The notes under the pieces: generated by a model
Seen by the model: only the letters and a program-made list of their open reading frames with translations
What the model was told of the DNA's origin: nothing
The model's database searches: none
Program-made: the position numbers and the translations under genes
Source of the DNA: an uncultured Phycisphaerales bacterium
Lineage (GTDB): Bacteria; Planctomycetota; Phycisphaerae; Tepidisphaerales; Tepidisphaeraceae
DNA length: 64,000 bases
Reading direction: 5' to 3'
Assembly: GCA_963755915.1 (NCBI GenBank)
Contig: CAVWLP010000002.1
Span: 1,184,001 to 1,248,000 of the forward strand
Part shown: piece by piece, positions 19,724 to 29,580 of the stretch
How positions within the stretch are numbered: the stretch's first letter is position 1
Layout of the letters: each line of letters starts with the position of its first letter

Positions 19724-21107
19724 ATGACGCGCGCGACGGGTTTATTGTTGAGGGTAACCTCGGTGGTGTTTGTATTGGCGGCGGGGATTTTCGTCGAGGC
19801 GGCCCAACCATCGACAATCCCATCCACGCGCCCGTCCACGTGCGCCACCAACACCCAACCCGATTATCCCGTTCCCTACGTCATCCCCAAAATCCAGCAG
19901 ATCGAGATGAAGCTGGAGGCGGTGAAGGGGCAGATCGAACTGCGGGCGATGACCACGCTGACGACCCGCCCCAGCACCGAGCGCTCCGACCCGGACTCGC
20001 CGCAGAGATTCGCCCTCATCACCTACCCCATGGGCGTGATCTACAGCGGCATGCTTTCCGCCGCCGATGCCACCGGCGACAAATCGTTCGCCGATTTCGA
20101 TGCCAGGCGCTTTAAGATGTTCGCCGGCGCCATCGCCAGGGCGGATATGTCGCGCCTCGCGCCGGCGCAGCGGAGACATCGTTTCTCTGCTCAGCCCGCG
20201 CAGTCTCGACGATTGCGGCGCGATCGGCGCCGCCCTCGTCCGCGCCCGCCGCGCCGGCGTCGGGCCGGACCTGATGGTTGCGATCGATCACATCGACAAT
20301 TTCATCAGCCACCGCCAGCTTCGCCTCGCCGACGGCACGCTCGCGCGCCCCCGCCCGGAGCGCGATTCGGTCTGGGCCGATGATGCCTACATGAGCGTCC
20401 CATTCCTCGCCGAGATGGGAACGCTCACCGGAGACCAATCTTATTTCACCGATGCCGCGTCCCAGATCCTCCACTTCAAGAAATATCTGTTCGTCGATTC
20501 GGTCGGGCTCTTCACCCATCACTGGAACCTCGACAATCCCGACGATCAGCCGGTTTATTACTGGGGAAGGGCCAATGGCTGGATCATGGTTTCGATGTCC
20601 GATCTGCTGGACGTCATGCCCGCCGACCATCCCATGCGCGCACCAATTCTCCGGCTCTTCCGGGCCCAGGCGAAGTCGCTGGCCAGCCTCCAGGCCGGCG
20701 ACGGAATGTGGCGCCAGATGCTCGACCGCCCCAATACCTACACCGAAACGAGCTGTACCGCGATGTTCACCTACTGCTTCGCCCACGGCGTCAACAAAGG
20801 CTGGCTCGACGTCGCCGCATACGGCCCCGTCGCGCAGGCCGGATGGAATGGGCTGAGCACACGCATCGACGCCGAAGGCCGCATCACCGGCACCTGCGTC
20901 GGGACCGGATATGCGGATGATTACGTCTATTACTACCACCGCCCCCACATCGACGACATCCACGGTTATGGCGCGACTCTGCTCGCGGGATCCGAAATGA
21001 TCCGCATGCTCGAAAACCGCCATATCTGGAAGACACAGTCGCCGGGCGGTCCAATGATGTACCGCAACGGAAATGGCGATGACTCGGATTTCTATGGGAT
21101 GCCGTAG
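19724..21107 (+). CDS. GH105/GH88 unsaturated glycuronyl hydrolase, frameshifted near 20165
   Basis: LDDCG, WADDAYM, YWGRANGW and ETSCTAMF motifs. Confidence 0.85.
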
Positions 21108-21141
21108 GGAATCGCCAGCCGCTGGTCCCGTTTTCCCGGCG

Positions 21142-21840
21142 CTACTTCGGATCCTGGGCGTGCGCAAGTGAGATCGGGCGAAGATGCGCCGCGACGCCGT
21201 CCCCAATAAGGCGCTCGATCGTGACGGCATCGGAAACGTCAAACGATCCGATGCGCGTCCGCCGCAGGGCGGTCAGATATCCCCCGGTTTTCAGTTCCTC
21301 GCCCAGGTCGCGGGCCAGGGCGCGGATGTAAGTTCCACGGCCGCAATCGACCCGCAGCTTCAGGTCGGGCCAGGTGTATCCCAGAATTTCAATCGAATCG
21401 ATACGAATGGGCCGAGGAGCCAGATCGAGCGGCTTTCCTCGCCGCGCCGATTTGTAGGCCGGCTGGCCGGAGATTTTCAGGGCGCTGAACGCGGGCGGAC
21501 GCTGGGAAATCTCGCCCACGAATTTTCTCAGCGCGCACTGAACCTCATCCAGCGAACGCGGCGAAGCACTCGGAACCGCCGTTGAGGCCGAATCCGCGTC
21601 ATCCGTGGGGGTTGTCGCCCCCAGCCGAATCGTGGCCTCATAACCCTTGGCGTGGTTCATCATTGTTTCACACCTCTTGGTGGCCCCTCCGACCAAAAGC
21701 AAAAGAACCCCCGTAGCCATCGGATCGAGCGTCCCGGCATGTCCGATCTTTTGCCCGCGCGGCAACAGCCGCTTGACCCGGTTCGCCGCCCCGGCTGAGG
21801 TCAAACCCCCCGGTTTATCCAGAATCAGAATCCCATCCAT
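21142..21840 (-). CDS. truB: tRNA pseudouridine(55) synthase
   Basis: LDKPGGLTS, GHAGTLDPMATGVL, PPAFSALK and GTYIRALARD motifs. Confidence 0.95.
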   Translation of the reverse strand: MDGILILDKPGGLTSAGAANRVKRLLPRGQKIGHAGTLDPMATGVLLLLVGGATKRCETMMNHAKGYEATIRLGATTPTDDADSASTAVPSASPRSLDEVQCALRKFVGEISQRPPAFSALKISGQPAYKSARRGKPLDLAPRPIRIDSIEILGYTWPDLKLRVDCGRGTYIRALARDLGEELKTGGYLTALRRTRIGSFDVSDAVTIERLIGDGVAAHLRPISLAHAQDPK

Positions 21841-22032
21841 AGATTCACTCCGGCGCGTCTCCCATTAAAATGCGATGCCCCAAAACACGTTTGCAGGCAA
21901 ATGAGTGGGGGTGTTGCGAAAATCCGACCATCACCTTAAGAATTATCATTTCCAACCTGTTGAATCATACCGCATGATTCTTGTTTTTTTGCAACAGATA
22001 AGGATAGTGGCCAAGACAAAAGGGGCTGATTG

Positions 22033-22794
22033 ATGGTTTGGACAAAAAACGAGATTCTGCGGGAGCTGCGCCGTCTCCACAAAAACGGAACCGACCTCTC
22101 CTACAACGGCCTCTCGGCGCGGATGCAATCCCTTGTATCGGCGTCGGCGTACCACTTCGGGTCCTACCGCCGCGCAGTCGAATCGGCAGGGATTGACTAC
22201 GCAGACGTTTTGCGCCGCCCGCGCTGGAGCAAGGCGAGGATTATCGTCCTGATCAAGGCCGCTCGCCGCCGCGGCGAAGAGCTCCACTGGTCCGCCGTCA
22301 CCCATCGCCGCGACGAGCTGGGCAAGGCCGCGTTCGCGGCGCTTCAGCCGCGGCTCTTTGGCAAATGGCACCGGGCGCTCCAGGCCGCCGGCCTCGATGC
22401 CGACGACATCGCCTGCTACCGCCATTGGGACCGCCAATCCATTGCCTACGAGCTGAAATCCCGCGCCCGCGACGGACAGCCCCTCGGCAGCGGCGCCCTG
22501 CAGGAAGAAGACCCCGGCTTGCACGCCGCGGCGGTACGACATTTCGGCGCCTACGACGACGCCCTCCGCGCCGCTCGCCTCGACCCCCTCAAATTCCGCA
22601 AACGCCGAAGTTGGGACAAACCCGAAGTGCTCAAGGCGATCAAGACCGTCTCCCGCAACGGCGCAAGCCTCGCCGACAGCAGCGTCCGCCGCCAGCACCC
22701 GGCGCTCTACGGCGCCGCCATCCGCCTCTTCGGAAAGTTCACCGCCGCCCGAAAAGCCGCCGGTGTCAAATTCAAATCCCGAAAACGACGCTAG
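22033..22794 (+). CDS. basic protein made of four ~63-aa repeats (putative nucleic-acid binding)
   Basis: Four units W(T/S/D)(K/R)..I....G..L....FG.(Y/W/F)..A..AAG. Confidence 0.75.
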   Translation: MVWTKNEILRELRRLHKNGTDLSYNGLSARMQSLVSASAYHFGSYRRAVESAGIDYADVLRRPRWSKARIIVLIKAARRRGEELHWSAVTHRRDELGKAAFAALQPRLFGKWHRALQAAGLDADDIACYRHWDRQSIAYELKSRARDGQPLGSGALQEEDPGLHAAAVRHFGAYDDALRAARLDPLKFRKRRSWDKPEVLKAIKTVSRNGASLADSSVRRQHPALYGAAIRLFGKFTAARKAAGVKFKSRKRR

Positions 22795-22885
22795 AGCATA
22801 AAAGGGGCTGAATCCGCGACCGAAAATCGACCCCCTTTTGCCCCGTTTAGCCGCAACCCCGCAGGGTGCGCGTTCCGTCCCCTGC

Positions 22886-23674
22886 TCACCTCGGTCCGCA
22901 GTTCACGCTGAAATCGGAATATGCAAACGAAAATCCGATGATCACCCCGTCCATTCGCTTTTGCACGTCGGCCGCGCTGGTGATGTTCCCCTCCTCGATG
23001 TCCTGCGCGATCGCCTTGAATCCGTCCTCAAACGACTTGACGTACGCGAGATCGCGTTGCTCGACGGTTTCGTTGGGAACGGGTACGTGCCGAACAACGC
23101 GGAAGGTGATTCTAAAGGTTCGTCCGACGTCGAGTTTCCACTGCCCCGCGATTTTCCTGAAATAAATCGGCGCCCGCGGCCAGGCGACGGAATGGGTTGC
23201 GAAGGGCGCCGGCGGTTTGATCACCAGCGTGTCGCCGCTCAGTCGATAATCGTGCGCACCCAGACGCGCCAGAAGCTCGTCAAACATCGCGGCGGTCGTG
23301 GTGTCGTAGAAGCTGAGCGATAGCGCATGAGCCCCGAATTTCGCCAGGGCGTCGCGCTGAACCCGGTACACCTCCATGTCCATTTCCAGCAGCGGAGGCG
23401 TGAAAAGAACCAGATTCGGATCGGCGTCGGGCCCGAAATAGAGCTGGGCCTGTGCCGCCGAGGGGTCTTCGTTGTCGTAGGCGTCGATGACCGCCTGCAG
23501 CACCTGCTGACAGGCCTGATAATCGCCGTCGCCGGGTAGCGTGGCAGGGGCAGCGGGGGCCGCGACGTCGGCGAAAATCACCGGAGGCGCCTTTGCGACC
23601 GCGACGCTTGCGCTGGCCAAGATGAGCTTGACGCTGAGGACCCAGAAGTTTGGTTGGAGCAGGGCAAAGTGCAT
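22886..23674 (-). CDS. exported protein, stand-alone paralog of the ECF C-terminal domain (unit 2)
   Basis: DYQACQQVLQ..IDAYDNEDPSAA...WKLD.GRTF shared with three neighbours; hydrophobic N-terminus. Confidence 0.8.
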   Translation of the reverse strand: MHFALLQPNFWVLSVKLILASASVAVAKAPPVIFADVAAPAAPATLPGDGDYQACQQVLQAVIDAYDNEDPSAAQAQLYFGPDADPNLVLFTPPLLEMDMEVYRVQRDALAKFGAHALSLSFYDTTTAAMFDELLARLGAHDYRLSGDTLVIKPPAPFATHSVAWPRAPIYFRKIAGQWKLDVGRTFRITFRVVRHVPVPNETVEQRDLAYVKSFEDGFKAIAQDIEEGNITSAADVQKRMDGVIIGFSFAYSDFSVNCGPR

Positions 23675-23682
23675 AACGCGAT

Positions 23683-25225
23683 CTAAAGATGATTGCCGGC
23701 GATCGGCATTCGTTTTGGCCGAAAATCAATGCCGAACTGCGAATATTGCTTGAAAAATTCGACGATGACGCCGTCGAGGCGTTTCTGGAGTTCAGGGGCG
23801 CTGGGAATGTTGTCTTGTTCGATGTCGTCGGCGACCCTGTTGTAAGCGGCGGTAAACGCTTTCAGGTAATTCATCGCTGTCTGTTCGCGCGATTCGCCGG
23901 GGTTGGGGATGCGCGGATCGGCGGTCACGATGATTTTGAACGTGCGTCCGGCGTCGAGTTTCCAATCGTTGCCAATCTTGCGGAAATAGAACGGCGCTTT
24001 CGGCCACGCGCCGATATGCGAAAGGAACGGCGCGGGAGGGTTGATGACCAGCGTGTCGCCGGTCCCCTGATAATCGTTGGGACCGATGCGGGCCAGGAGT
24101 TCCTCGAGCTGCACAGCCACCGTATAGCCGTACGTATTGAGGGATACCGCATGGACGCCGAATTTCGCGATCGCATCTTTCTGCACGCGAAACTGGGCAA
24201 TATCGATTTCAAAAAGATCGGGTGCGAACCGAACGAGCTGCGGATCGGCATCGGGGCTCATATAAAGCTGTGCATCAGCAGCTGATGGGTCTTCGTTGTC
24301 GTAGGCATCAATGATCGCTTGGAGAACCTGCTGGCAGGCCTGGTAATCGGCGCCGGCGGGCTGGGTCGCCGGAGCCGCGGTGGGAGTAGCGTCGGCAAGA
24401 ATCACGTGCGACTGCGGCGGCGAAGGGCGCGATTTTCGACGACGACGGTTGCCGCCGCGGCCGCGCATGCCGCGGCCAAAACGAATTTCGCCGCCACGAT
24501 GCAGGCTTTCCCCCGCAACATCGATCGCGAGGCGGTTTTTGCCAGTGTACCCGCCAAACCGCCATGGGCGGCGGCTTTTGTGCCCATTTCCGATGCGGCG
24601 TTGATCAAATGCGCGGGCGCTTTTTCCAGCAGGACCATTCCCGGAACACCCGCCATGACATCTCCGGCGACTTCGATGCCGCGGCGGCCGAGAATCTGCG
24701 CAGCCGCCTCAGCGCCCTGGAAATCCGCTTCGCGGCCGCTTGTGGCGAAACGCCCATCGCCTGCCCGACCGCGAGCATCGGCGCCTCGTCGAAGTAGCGC
24801 ATCAGCAGCGCGTTGCGATCATTTGTGCCCAGGTCTCCCAGTGCCTCATGGAGCTGGCGCGAAACGAGTGGCTGATCCTGCTCGGGTGCGATTTCGCAGC
24901 GCATGGTGGCGGCCTCCCGTTCACGAAGTTTCAACCGAACCTCGGTCCGGTGCGCGTTGCGGCTGATAAAACGCGTGACGTTGAAGAGCCAGCCTTTGAC
25001 ATAGGTTCCCGGTTTTATTTTTTTGGCTTTCTGAGCCAGCAGGAGGAAGACGGCTTGGGCAACGTCTTCGGCGAATTGGCGATCGCCCGCCTGCCGGATC
25101 GCCGACGTGTAAACAAAGTCGATATGCCGCTCAACCAGACGCCGGAACGCCTGCCCATCGCCGGTCGATGCATATGCAGACAGTAGCTCGGAGTCCTGAT
25201 CTACCACGGCTCTATTGTCCATCAA
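23683..25225 (-). CDS. ECF sigma-70 factor fused through a TM linker to an unknown C-terminal domain (unit 2), frameshifted near 24680 and 24440
   Basis: sigma2 (AFRRLVERH, AEDVAQAVF, GWL) and sigma4 regions; three frames together are colinear with 26119..27663. Confidence 0.82.
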
Positions 25226-25257
25226 TCATGCATGTCCGCCAAAAAAGCGGTTTGACA
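25218..25257 (-). promoter_or_regulatory. putative ECF promoter, unit 2
   Basis: TGTC-n9-TTTTGGCG-n-ACAT-n6-TTGATGGA aligns without gaps to the sequence upstream of the unit 1 sigma gene. Confidence 0.55.
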
Positions 25258-25329
25258 AAAAGTGCCGGGAATTCGAAGATTCGGCCCGTGGACGAGCGAC
25301 GCGCAAGCTTCGGACGGGGCGGTATTTAG

Positions 25330-26118
25330 CTACAAGCCGCCGCCCGAAGGCGCGGTTTGTCTTGGCATTTGGTTGATGGTGATCTGCCGATATTTCATCG
25401 TCAAACCGATGAAGGTCTTGTCGAGGCGTTTCTGAAGGTCGGCGGCGCTGGTGATGTTGTTTTGCTCTACGTCCGCAGCTATCGCACCGTATGCGTCGGT
25501 AACTTCCTTGATCAGGGCAGCCGCGGTCTGCTCGGGGGTTTCGTCCGCGATCGGGATCATCCGGCGGACATCAACGACGAGTTTGTAGGTGCGCCCGGCG
25601 TCCAGCTTCCAATCTGACCCCACCTTTTTGAAATACATCGGCGCCTTTGGCCACGCTTGCGTATGAGAAAGAAATGGGGCCGGTGGGTTTATTGCCAGCG
25701 TATCGCCCACGAGGCTGTAATCCCTCGGACCGATGCGGTTCAGAAGCTCTTCAATGTCTGCAACGCCGTCATCGATATAGTAATTGACTCCGATCGCATG
25801 GGTCGCGAACTTGGCGACGGCATCTTTTTTCAGGCGATACACCGCAATCCCGAGGTTGCCCAGCGATGGCTCCAGACCCACGAACAGCGGATCTGCATCG
25901 GGACCCAGGTAAACCTGCGCCAGGGCGGCCGATGGATCTTCGTTCTCGAAGGCGTCAGCGATCGACTGCAGAACCTGCTGGCACGCCTCATAGTCCGCGT
26001 CGCCGGGCGAGGTCGCCGGTGCGGGCGGGGAAACATCAGCGCGAACCATCGTAGCCGCGCCGCCTGCCAGAGCCCCAGCCAAAACCAATCCCAAGCTCCA
26101 TCGACGTAGAGATTTCAT
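25330..26118 (-). CDS. secreted protein, stand-alone paralog of the ECF C-terminal domain (unit 1)
   Basis: Signal peptide MKSLRRWSLGLVLAGALAGGAATMVRA; same domain; start codon abuts the sigma stop codon. Confidence 0.85.
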   Translation of the reverse strand: MKSLRRWSLGLVLAGALAGGAATMVRADVSPPAPATSPGDADYEACQQVLQSIADAFENEDPSAALAQVYLGPDADPLFVGLEPSLGNLGIAVYRLKKDAVAKFATHAIGVNYYIDDGVADIEELLNRIGPRDYSLVGDTLAINPPAPFLSHTQAWPKAPMYFKKVGSDWKLDAGRTYKLVVDVRRMIPIADETPEQTAAALIKEVTDAYGAIAADVEQNNITSAADLQKRLDKTFIGLTMKYRQITINQMPRQTAPSGGGL

Positions 26119-27663
26119 TTAAACGTGGCCTCCTCGACCGGCGGGTTGTTTCGGCTCGATGTCAACGCCGAATTGCGAGTATTTGAAGTGGAAGCCGATC
26201 ACCACCCCGTCGAGTCGTTTCTGCACGTCGGCCGCGCTCGTGATGTTGTTCTGCTCGATCTCTGCCGCCACCGTGTTGTATCCGTCCGTAAACTCCTTCA
26301 CGTAAGCAGCCTCGAGTTGCTCCTGCGTTTCGTTGGCTACGGGAACCCTTCGGCGGATCGTGATAACCTCTTTAAATGTTCGTCCCGCGTCCAGCTTCCA
26401 GTCGGCCCCGATCTTTTTGAAATATACCGGCGCTCTCGGCCAGACACCGTTGTGGGAGAAGAACGGCGCCGGGGGGTTTATTACCAGAGCATCGCCATTG
26501 ATCCTATAGTCGCTCGGGCCAATCCGATCCAAAAGCTCGTCGATCATCAGCGCGACGGTATTTTGGTAGTAGTTGAGCGACAAGGCGCGCGCACCGAACT
26601 TAGCAACCGCATCCTTCTCTACGCCATAAGCCGCAACATCCAGATCCACCAGCGACGGTTCCAGACGCACAAACTGTGGATCCGCGTCGGGACCGACATA
26701 AAGCTGGGCATCGACCGCGGATGGGTCCACGCTGTCGTAGCCATCGACGATCGATTGAAGCACCTGCTGGCAGGCCTGGTATTCGGCATCGGGAGTTGGG
26801 GCCACCGGCGCGGGAACATCGGCGAGAATCACCGGAATATCGCGAGTCGGCGGGCGAGTTTTCTCCACCGCAACGGTTGCGGCCGCGCCGACACAGGCGG
26901 CGGCGAGCGTGAATTTGACGGTGATAAGAGACAGCTTGCCGCGCAGGATTCCACGGGAGGTGCTCTTTACGAGCGTGCCGGCCACACCGCCGTGGGCCAC
27001 CGCGGCCTTTGTTCCCATTTCGCACGCCGCGGCGATTAAATGCGCGGGAGCTTTTTCAATCAGGCCCATGCCCAGGACGCCGCTCATCGCGTCGTCGGCA
27101 ACCTCAATCCCTCGTCTCGCGAGAATCGACCGAAGCCGCCCAACCGCCCGCGAAACCCGCTTGACGGCCGCCGATTCCGAAATCCCCATCGCCTTCCCCA
27201 CCGCCAGCATCGGCATATCCTCAAAAAATCGCATCAGGATCGCCGTCCGGTCCTTCGTCCCCAGCCTCTCCAATGGCTCGTCGAGCACGGGCCGGATTCT
27301 TTCCCACTGCCGGTTTACGGCGGCTTCGGATCGCATCACGGCAGCCTCCCGTTCTCGATTCTTTCGCCGCGCCTCCGCCCGCCACGCATTGCTCGCGGCA
27401 TAGCGCGTGGCAGTAAAAAGCCACCCCTTGATAAACGTCCCGGCTTTAATTTTCGCCCCCTTCTGCGACAGCAGCAGGAAGACCGCCTGCACGACATCCT
27501 CCGCCAGATCGCGATTCCCGACCTGCCGCACGGCGCACGCGTAGACAAAATCAATATGCCGCTCCACCAGCCGCCGAAATGCGACGGCATCGCCGCTGCT
27601 GGCGTAGACCCTCAATAAATCGGCGTCGCTTTCGTCCACGGTGGTGGCGATATTCTCCATCAA
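26119..27663 (-). CDS. ECF sigma-70 factor with TM segment and C-terminal extracytoplasmic domain (unit 1)
   Basis: Intact 514-aa ORF: sigma2, sigma4, hydrophobic FTLAAACVGAAATVAV, then a ~230-aa domain. Confidence 0.9.
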   Translation of the reverse strand: MMENIATTVDESDADLLRVYASSGDAVAFRRLVERHIDFVYACAVRQVGNRDLAEDVVQAVFLLLSQKGAKIKAGTFIKGWLFTATRYAASNAWRAEARRKNREREAAVMRSEAAVNRQWERIRPVLDEPLERLGTKDRTAILMRFFEDMPMLAVGKAMGISESAAVKRVSRAVGRLRSILARRGIEVADDAMSGVLGMGLIEKAPAHLIAAACEMGTKAAVAHGGVAGTLVKSTSRGILRGKLSLITVKFTLAAACVGAAATVAVEKTRPPTRDIPVILADVPAPVAPTPDAEYQACQQVLQSIVDGYDSVDPSAVDAQLYVGPDADPQFVRLEPSLVDLDVAAYGVEKDAVAKFGARALSLNYYQNTVALMIDELLDRIGPSDYRINGDALVINPPAPFFSHNGVWPRAPVYFKKIGADWKLDAGRTFKEVITIRRRVPVANETQEQLEAAYVKEFTDGYNTVAAEIEQNNITSAADVQKRLDGVVIGFHFKYSQFGVDIEPKQPAGRGGHV

Positions 27664-27695
27664 CGAAGGATGTGCGCCAAAAGAAGAATGGGACA
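27656..27695 (-). promoter_or_regulatory. putative ECF promoter, unit 1
   Basis: TGTCCCATTCTTCTTTTGGCGCACATCCTTCGTTGATGGA; same layout as 25218-25257. Confidence 0.55.
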
Positions 27696-27735
27696 GAATC
27701 TGATTAGGTCGTGCAAGTCGGGCCGATTTCGAAGG

Positions 27736-27840
27736 TTAAGTAGTGGGATTCCACTCACACCGGCGCAAAATCGTCATCGCAAACCCCGTCACCACCGACG
27801 CCACCAGCACCACCCACCCGATAAGTTCGGAAGCCTTCAT
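27736..27840 (-). CDS. possible 34-aa single-TM peptide
   Basis: MKASELIGWVVLVASVVTGFAMTILRRCEWNPTT*; no clear RBS. Confidence 0.35.
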   Translation of the reverse strand: MKASELIGWVVLVASVVTGFAMTILRRCEWNPTT

Positions 27841-27894
27841 TCGCTCATTCGGATTTCTGGTTTGATTCGTCATTCGAATTTCTGGTTTCGGATT

Positions 27895-28887
27895 TCATGC
27901 CCCATACCCCTTCGGATGCTTGCTGAACCAGTTCCACGCCGAGCCGATGATCGCCTCCGGATCTTTGTGTTTCGCCTCCCACCCCAGAAGCTGTTTCGCC
28001 CGCGACGGATCGGCCCACAGCGCAATCGCATCCCCCGCGCGCCGGGGGCCGTAGGTAACGGGCGCTTTTTTCCCCGCCACTTTCTCCGACGTAGCAATAA
28101 TCTCCTTCACCGAAAATCCCCGCCCCGTCCCCAGGTTGCAGTAGATCGGCGAATGCCCATCGAGCTTCTCCATCGCCTTGATGTGTGCGTCCGCCAAATC
28201 GTCCACATGGATATAATCGCGAATATTGGTCCCGTCCGGCGTAGCGTAGTCCGTCCCAAACAGCGTGAGGCCGGGCGCCACTCCAAGGATCGACTGCAAA
28301 ATCAGCGGAATCAAATGCGATTCCGGCCGATGGTCTTCCCCAAGGCTCCCGTCCATCGCGCACCCGCTCGCATTGAAATACCGCAGCGCCGCGAATTTAA
28401 ACTTCGGGTTGGCAACCGCGTTGTCCGCCAAAATTTCCTCCACCATCAGCTTGCTTCTCCCATAAGGAGAAACCGGTGCCTTCTTCTCTTCCTCGGTAAT
28501 CGGCAGCCGATCGGGATTCCCATACGTCGCGCAGGTGCTCGAAAAAACAAACCGATTAACCCCCGCCTCCTTCATCGCCTCCAGCACGTTCACCGTGATC
28601 GCCACATTGTTGCGATAATACATCAGCGGATCCTGCACGCTTTCCCCCACATACGCATACGCCGCGAAATGCATCACCGTATCGATCTGCTCTTTCCGCA
28701 GCGCCGCGATGAGCTGCCCCCGATCCCCAAGATCAGCAAAGATCGCCGGCACCCTCAAAATATCCACCACTTCCCGGTGCCCGCGCGAAAGATTGTCAAA
28801 GATAACCGGACGATGCCCAGCCTCTTTGAGCCGTTTAACCGTATGCGATCCGATATATCCCGCCCCGCCGGCTACGAGAACATTCAT
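27895..28887 (-). CDS. galE: UDP-glucose 4-epimerase
   Basis: GGAGYIGSH, FSSTCATYG, YGRSK, LRYFN and TPDGTNIRDYIHV motifs. Confidence 0.95.
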   Translation of the reverse strand: MNVLVAGGAGYIGSHTVKRLKEAGHRPVIFDNLSRGHREVVDILRVPAIFADLGDRGQLIAALRKEQIDTVMHFAAYAYVGESVQDPLMYYRNNVAITVNVLEAMKEAGVNRFVFSSTCATYGNPDRLPITEEEKKAPVSPYGRSKLMVEEILADNAVANPKFKFAALRYFNASGCAMDGSLGEDHRPESHLIPLILQSILGVAPGLTLFGTDYATPDGTNIRDYIHVDDLADAHIKAMEKLDGHSPIYCNLGTGRGFSVKEIIATSEKVAGKKAPVTYGPRRAGDAIALWADPSRAKQLLGWEAKHKDPEAIIGSAWNWFSKHPKGYGA

Positions 28888-28956
28888 TGTCAGACTCCTT
28901 CATCAGCGAGTATAGAAGAGGTTGCTGGATGGGAAAAGGATAATTAACGGGAGACA

Positions 28957-29580
28957 ATGGTGGATTCCCTTGGCCAGGCGATCGCATGCAAAACCTGCGG
29001 GCAGATGCAATTGGTCATCCCGCTGAAACCCGGAACCGCCGCGCACTGCGTCCGCTGCGGCTCCCGAATCGCCAAACGCACCGCCGGCGGATTGCACATC
29101 ACCGGCGCCCTCGCCCTCGCCGCCATCATCCTCTATATCCCCGCCAACATTTTCCCCATCCTTCTCCTTAACTTCTACGGCGCCACCTCCGAAAACACCG
29201 TCTGGGAAGGCTGCGTCCGTCTCTACCAGGACGGCGACATTGTCATCGCCGTCATCGTATTCCTCGCCAGCATCCTCATCCCCGCTTTGAAGCTCATCGG
29301 CCTTCTCTTCCTCGTCGCCTGCACCAAGCTCAAATTCGATCGCTGGAAAATCCCCCGCACCTGGGTTTACAGATTCATCGATGTCATCGGCCGCTGGGCC
29401 ATGCTCGATGTCTTCGTCCTCGCCATCCTCGTCTCCCTTGTGAAGCTCCAGGGATTGGCCAGCGTCATTCCCGGCAAAGGCCTGTTTGCCTTTTCCCTGG
29501 TGGTGATTTGTACCATTCTCGCCTCTGCCGCCTTTGATCCGCAGTTGATCTGGGAGGAGCCGGAGGAAGAAGAATCATGA
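28957..29580 (+). CDS. pqiA: paraquat-inducible protein A family membrane protein (single-domain)
   Basis: CxxC..CxRC, YIPAN, FLASILIP and IGRWAMLDVF motifs. Confidence 0.85.
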   Translation: MVDSLGQAIACKTCGQMQLVIPLKPGTAAHCVRCGSRIAKRTAGGLHITGALALAAIILYIPANIFPILLLNFYGATSENTVWEGCVRLYQDGDIVIAVIVFLASILIPALKLIGLLFLVACTKLKFDRWKIPRTWVYRFIDVIGRWAMLDVFVLAILVSLVKLQGLASVIPGKGLFAFSLVVICTILASAAFDPQLIWEEPEEEES

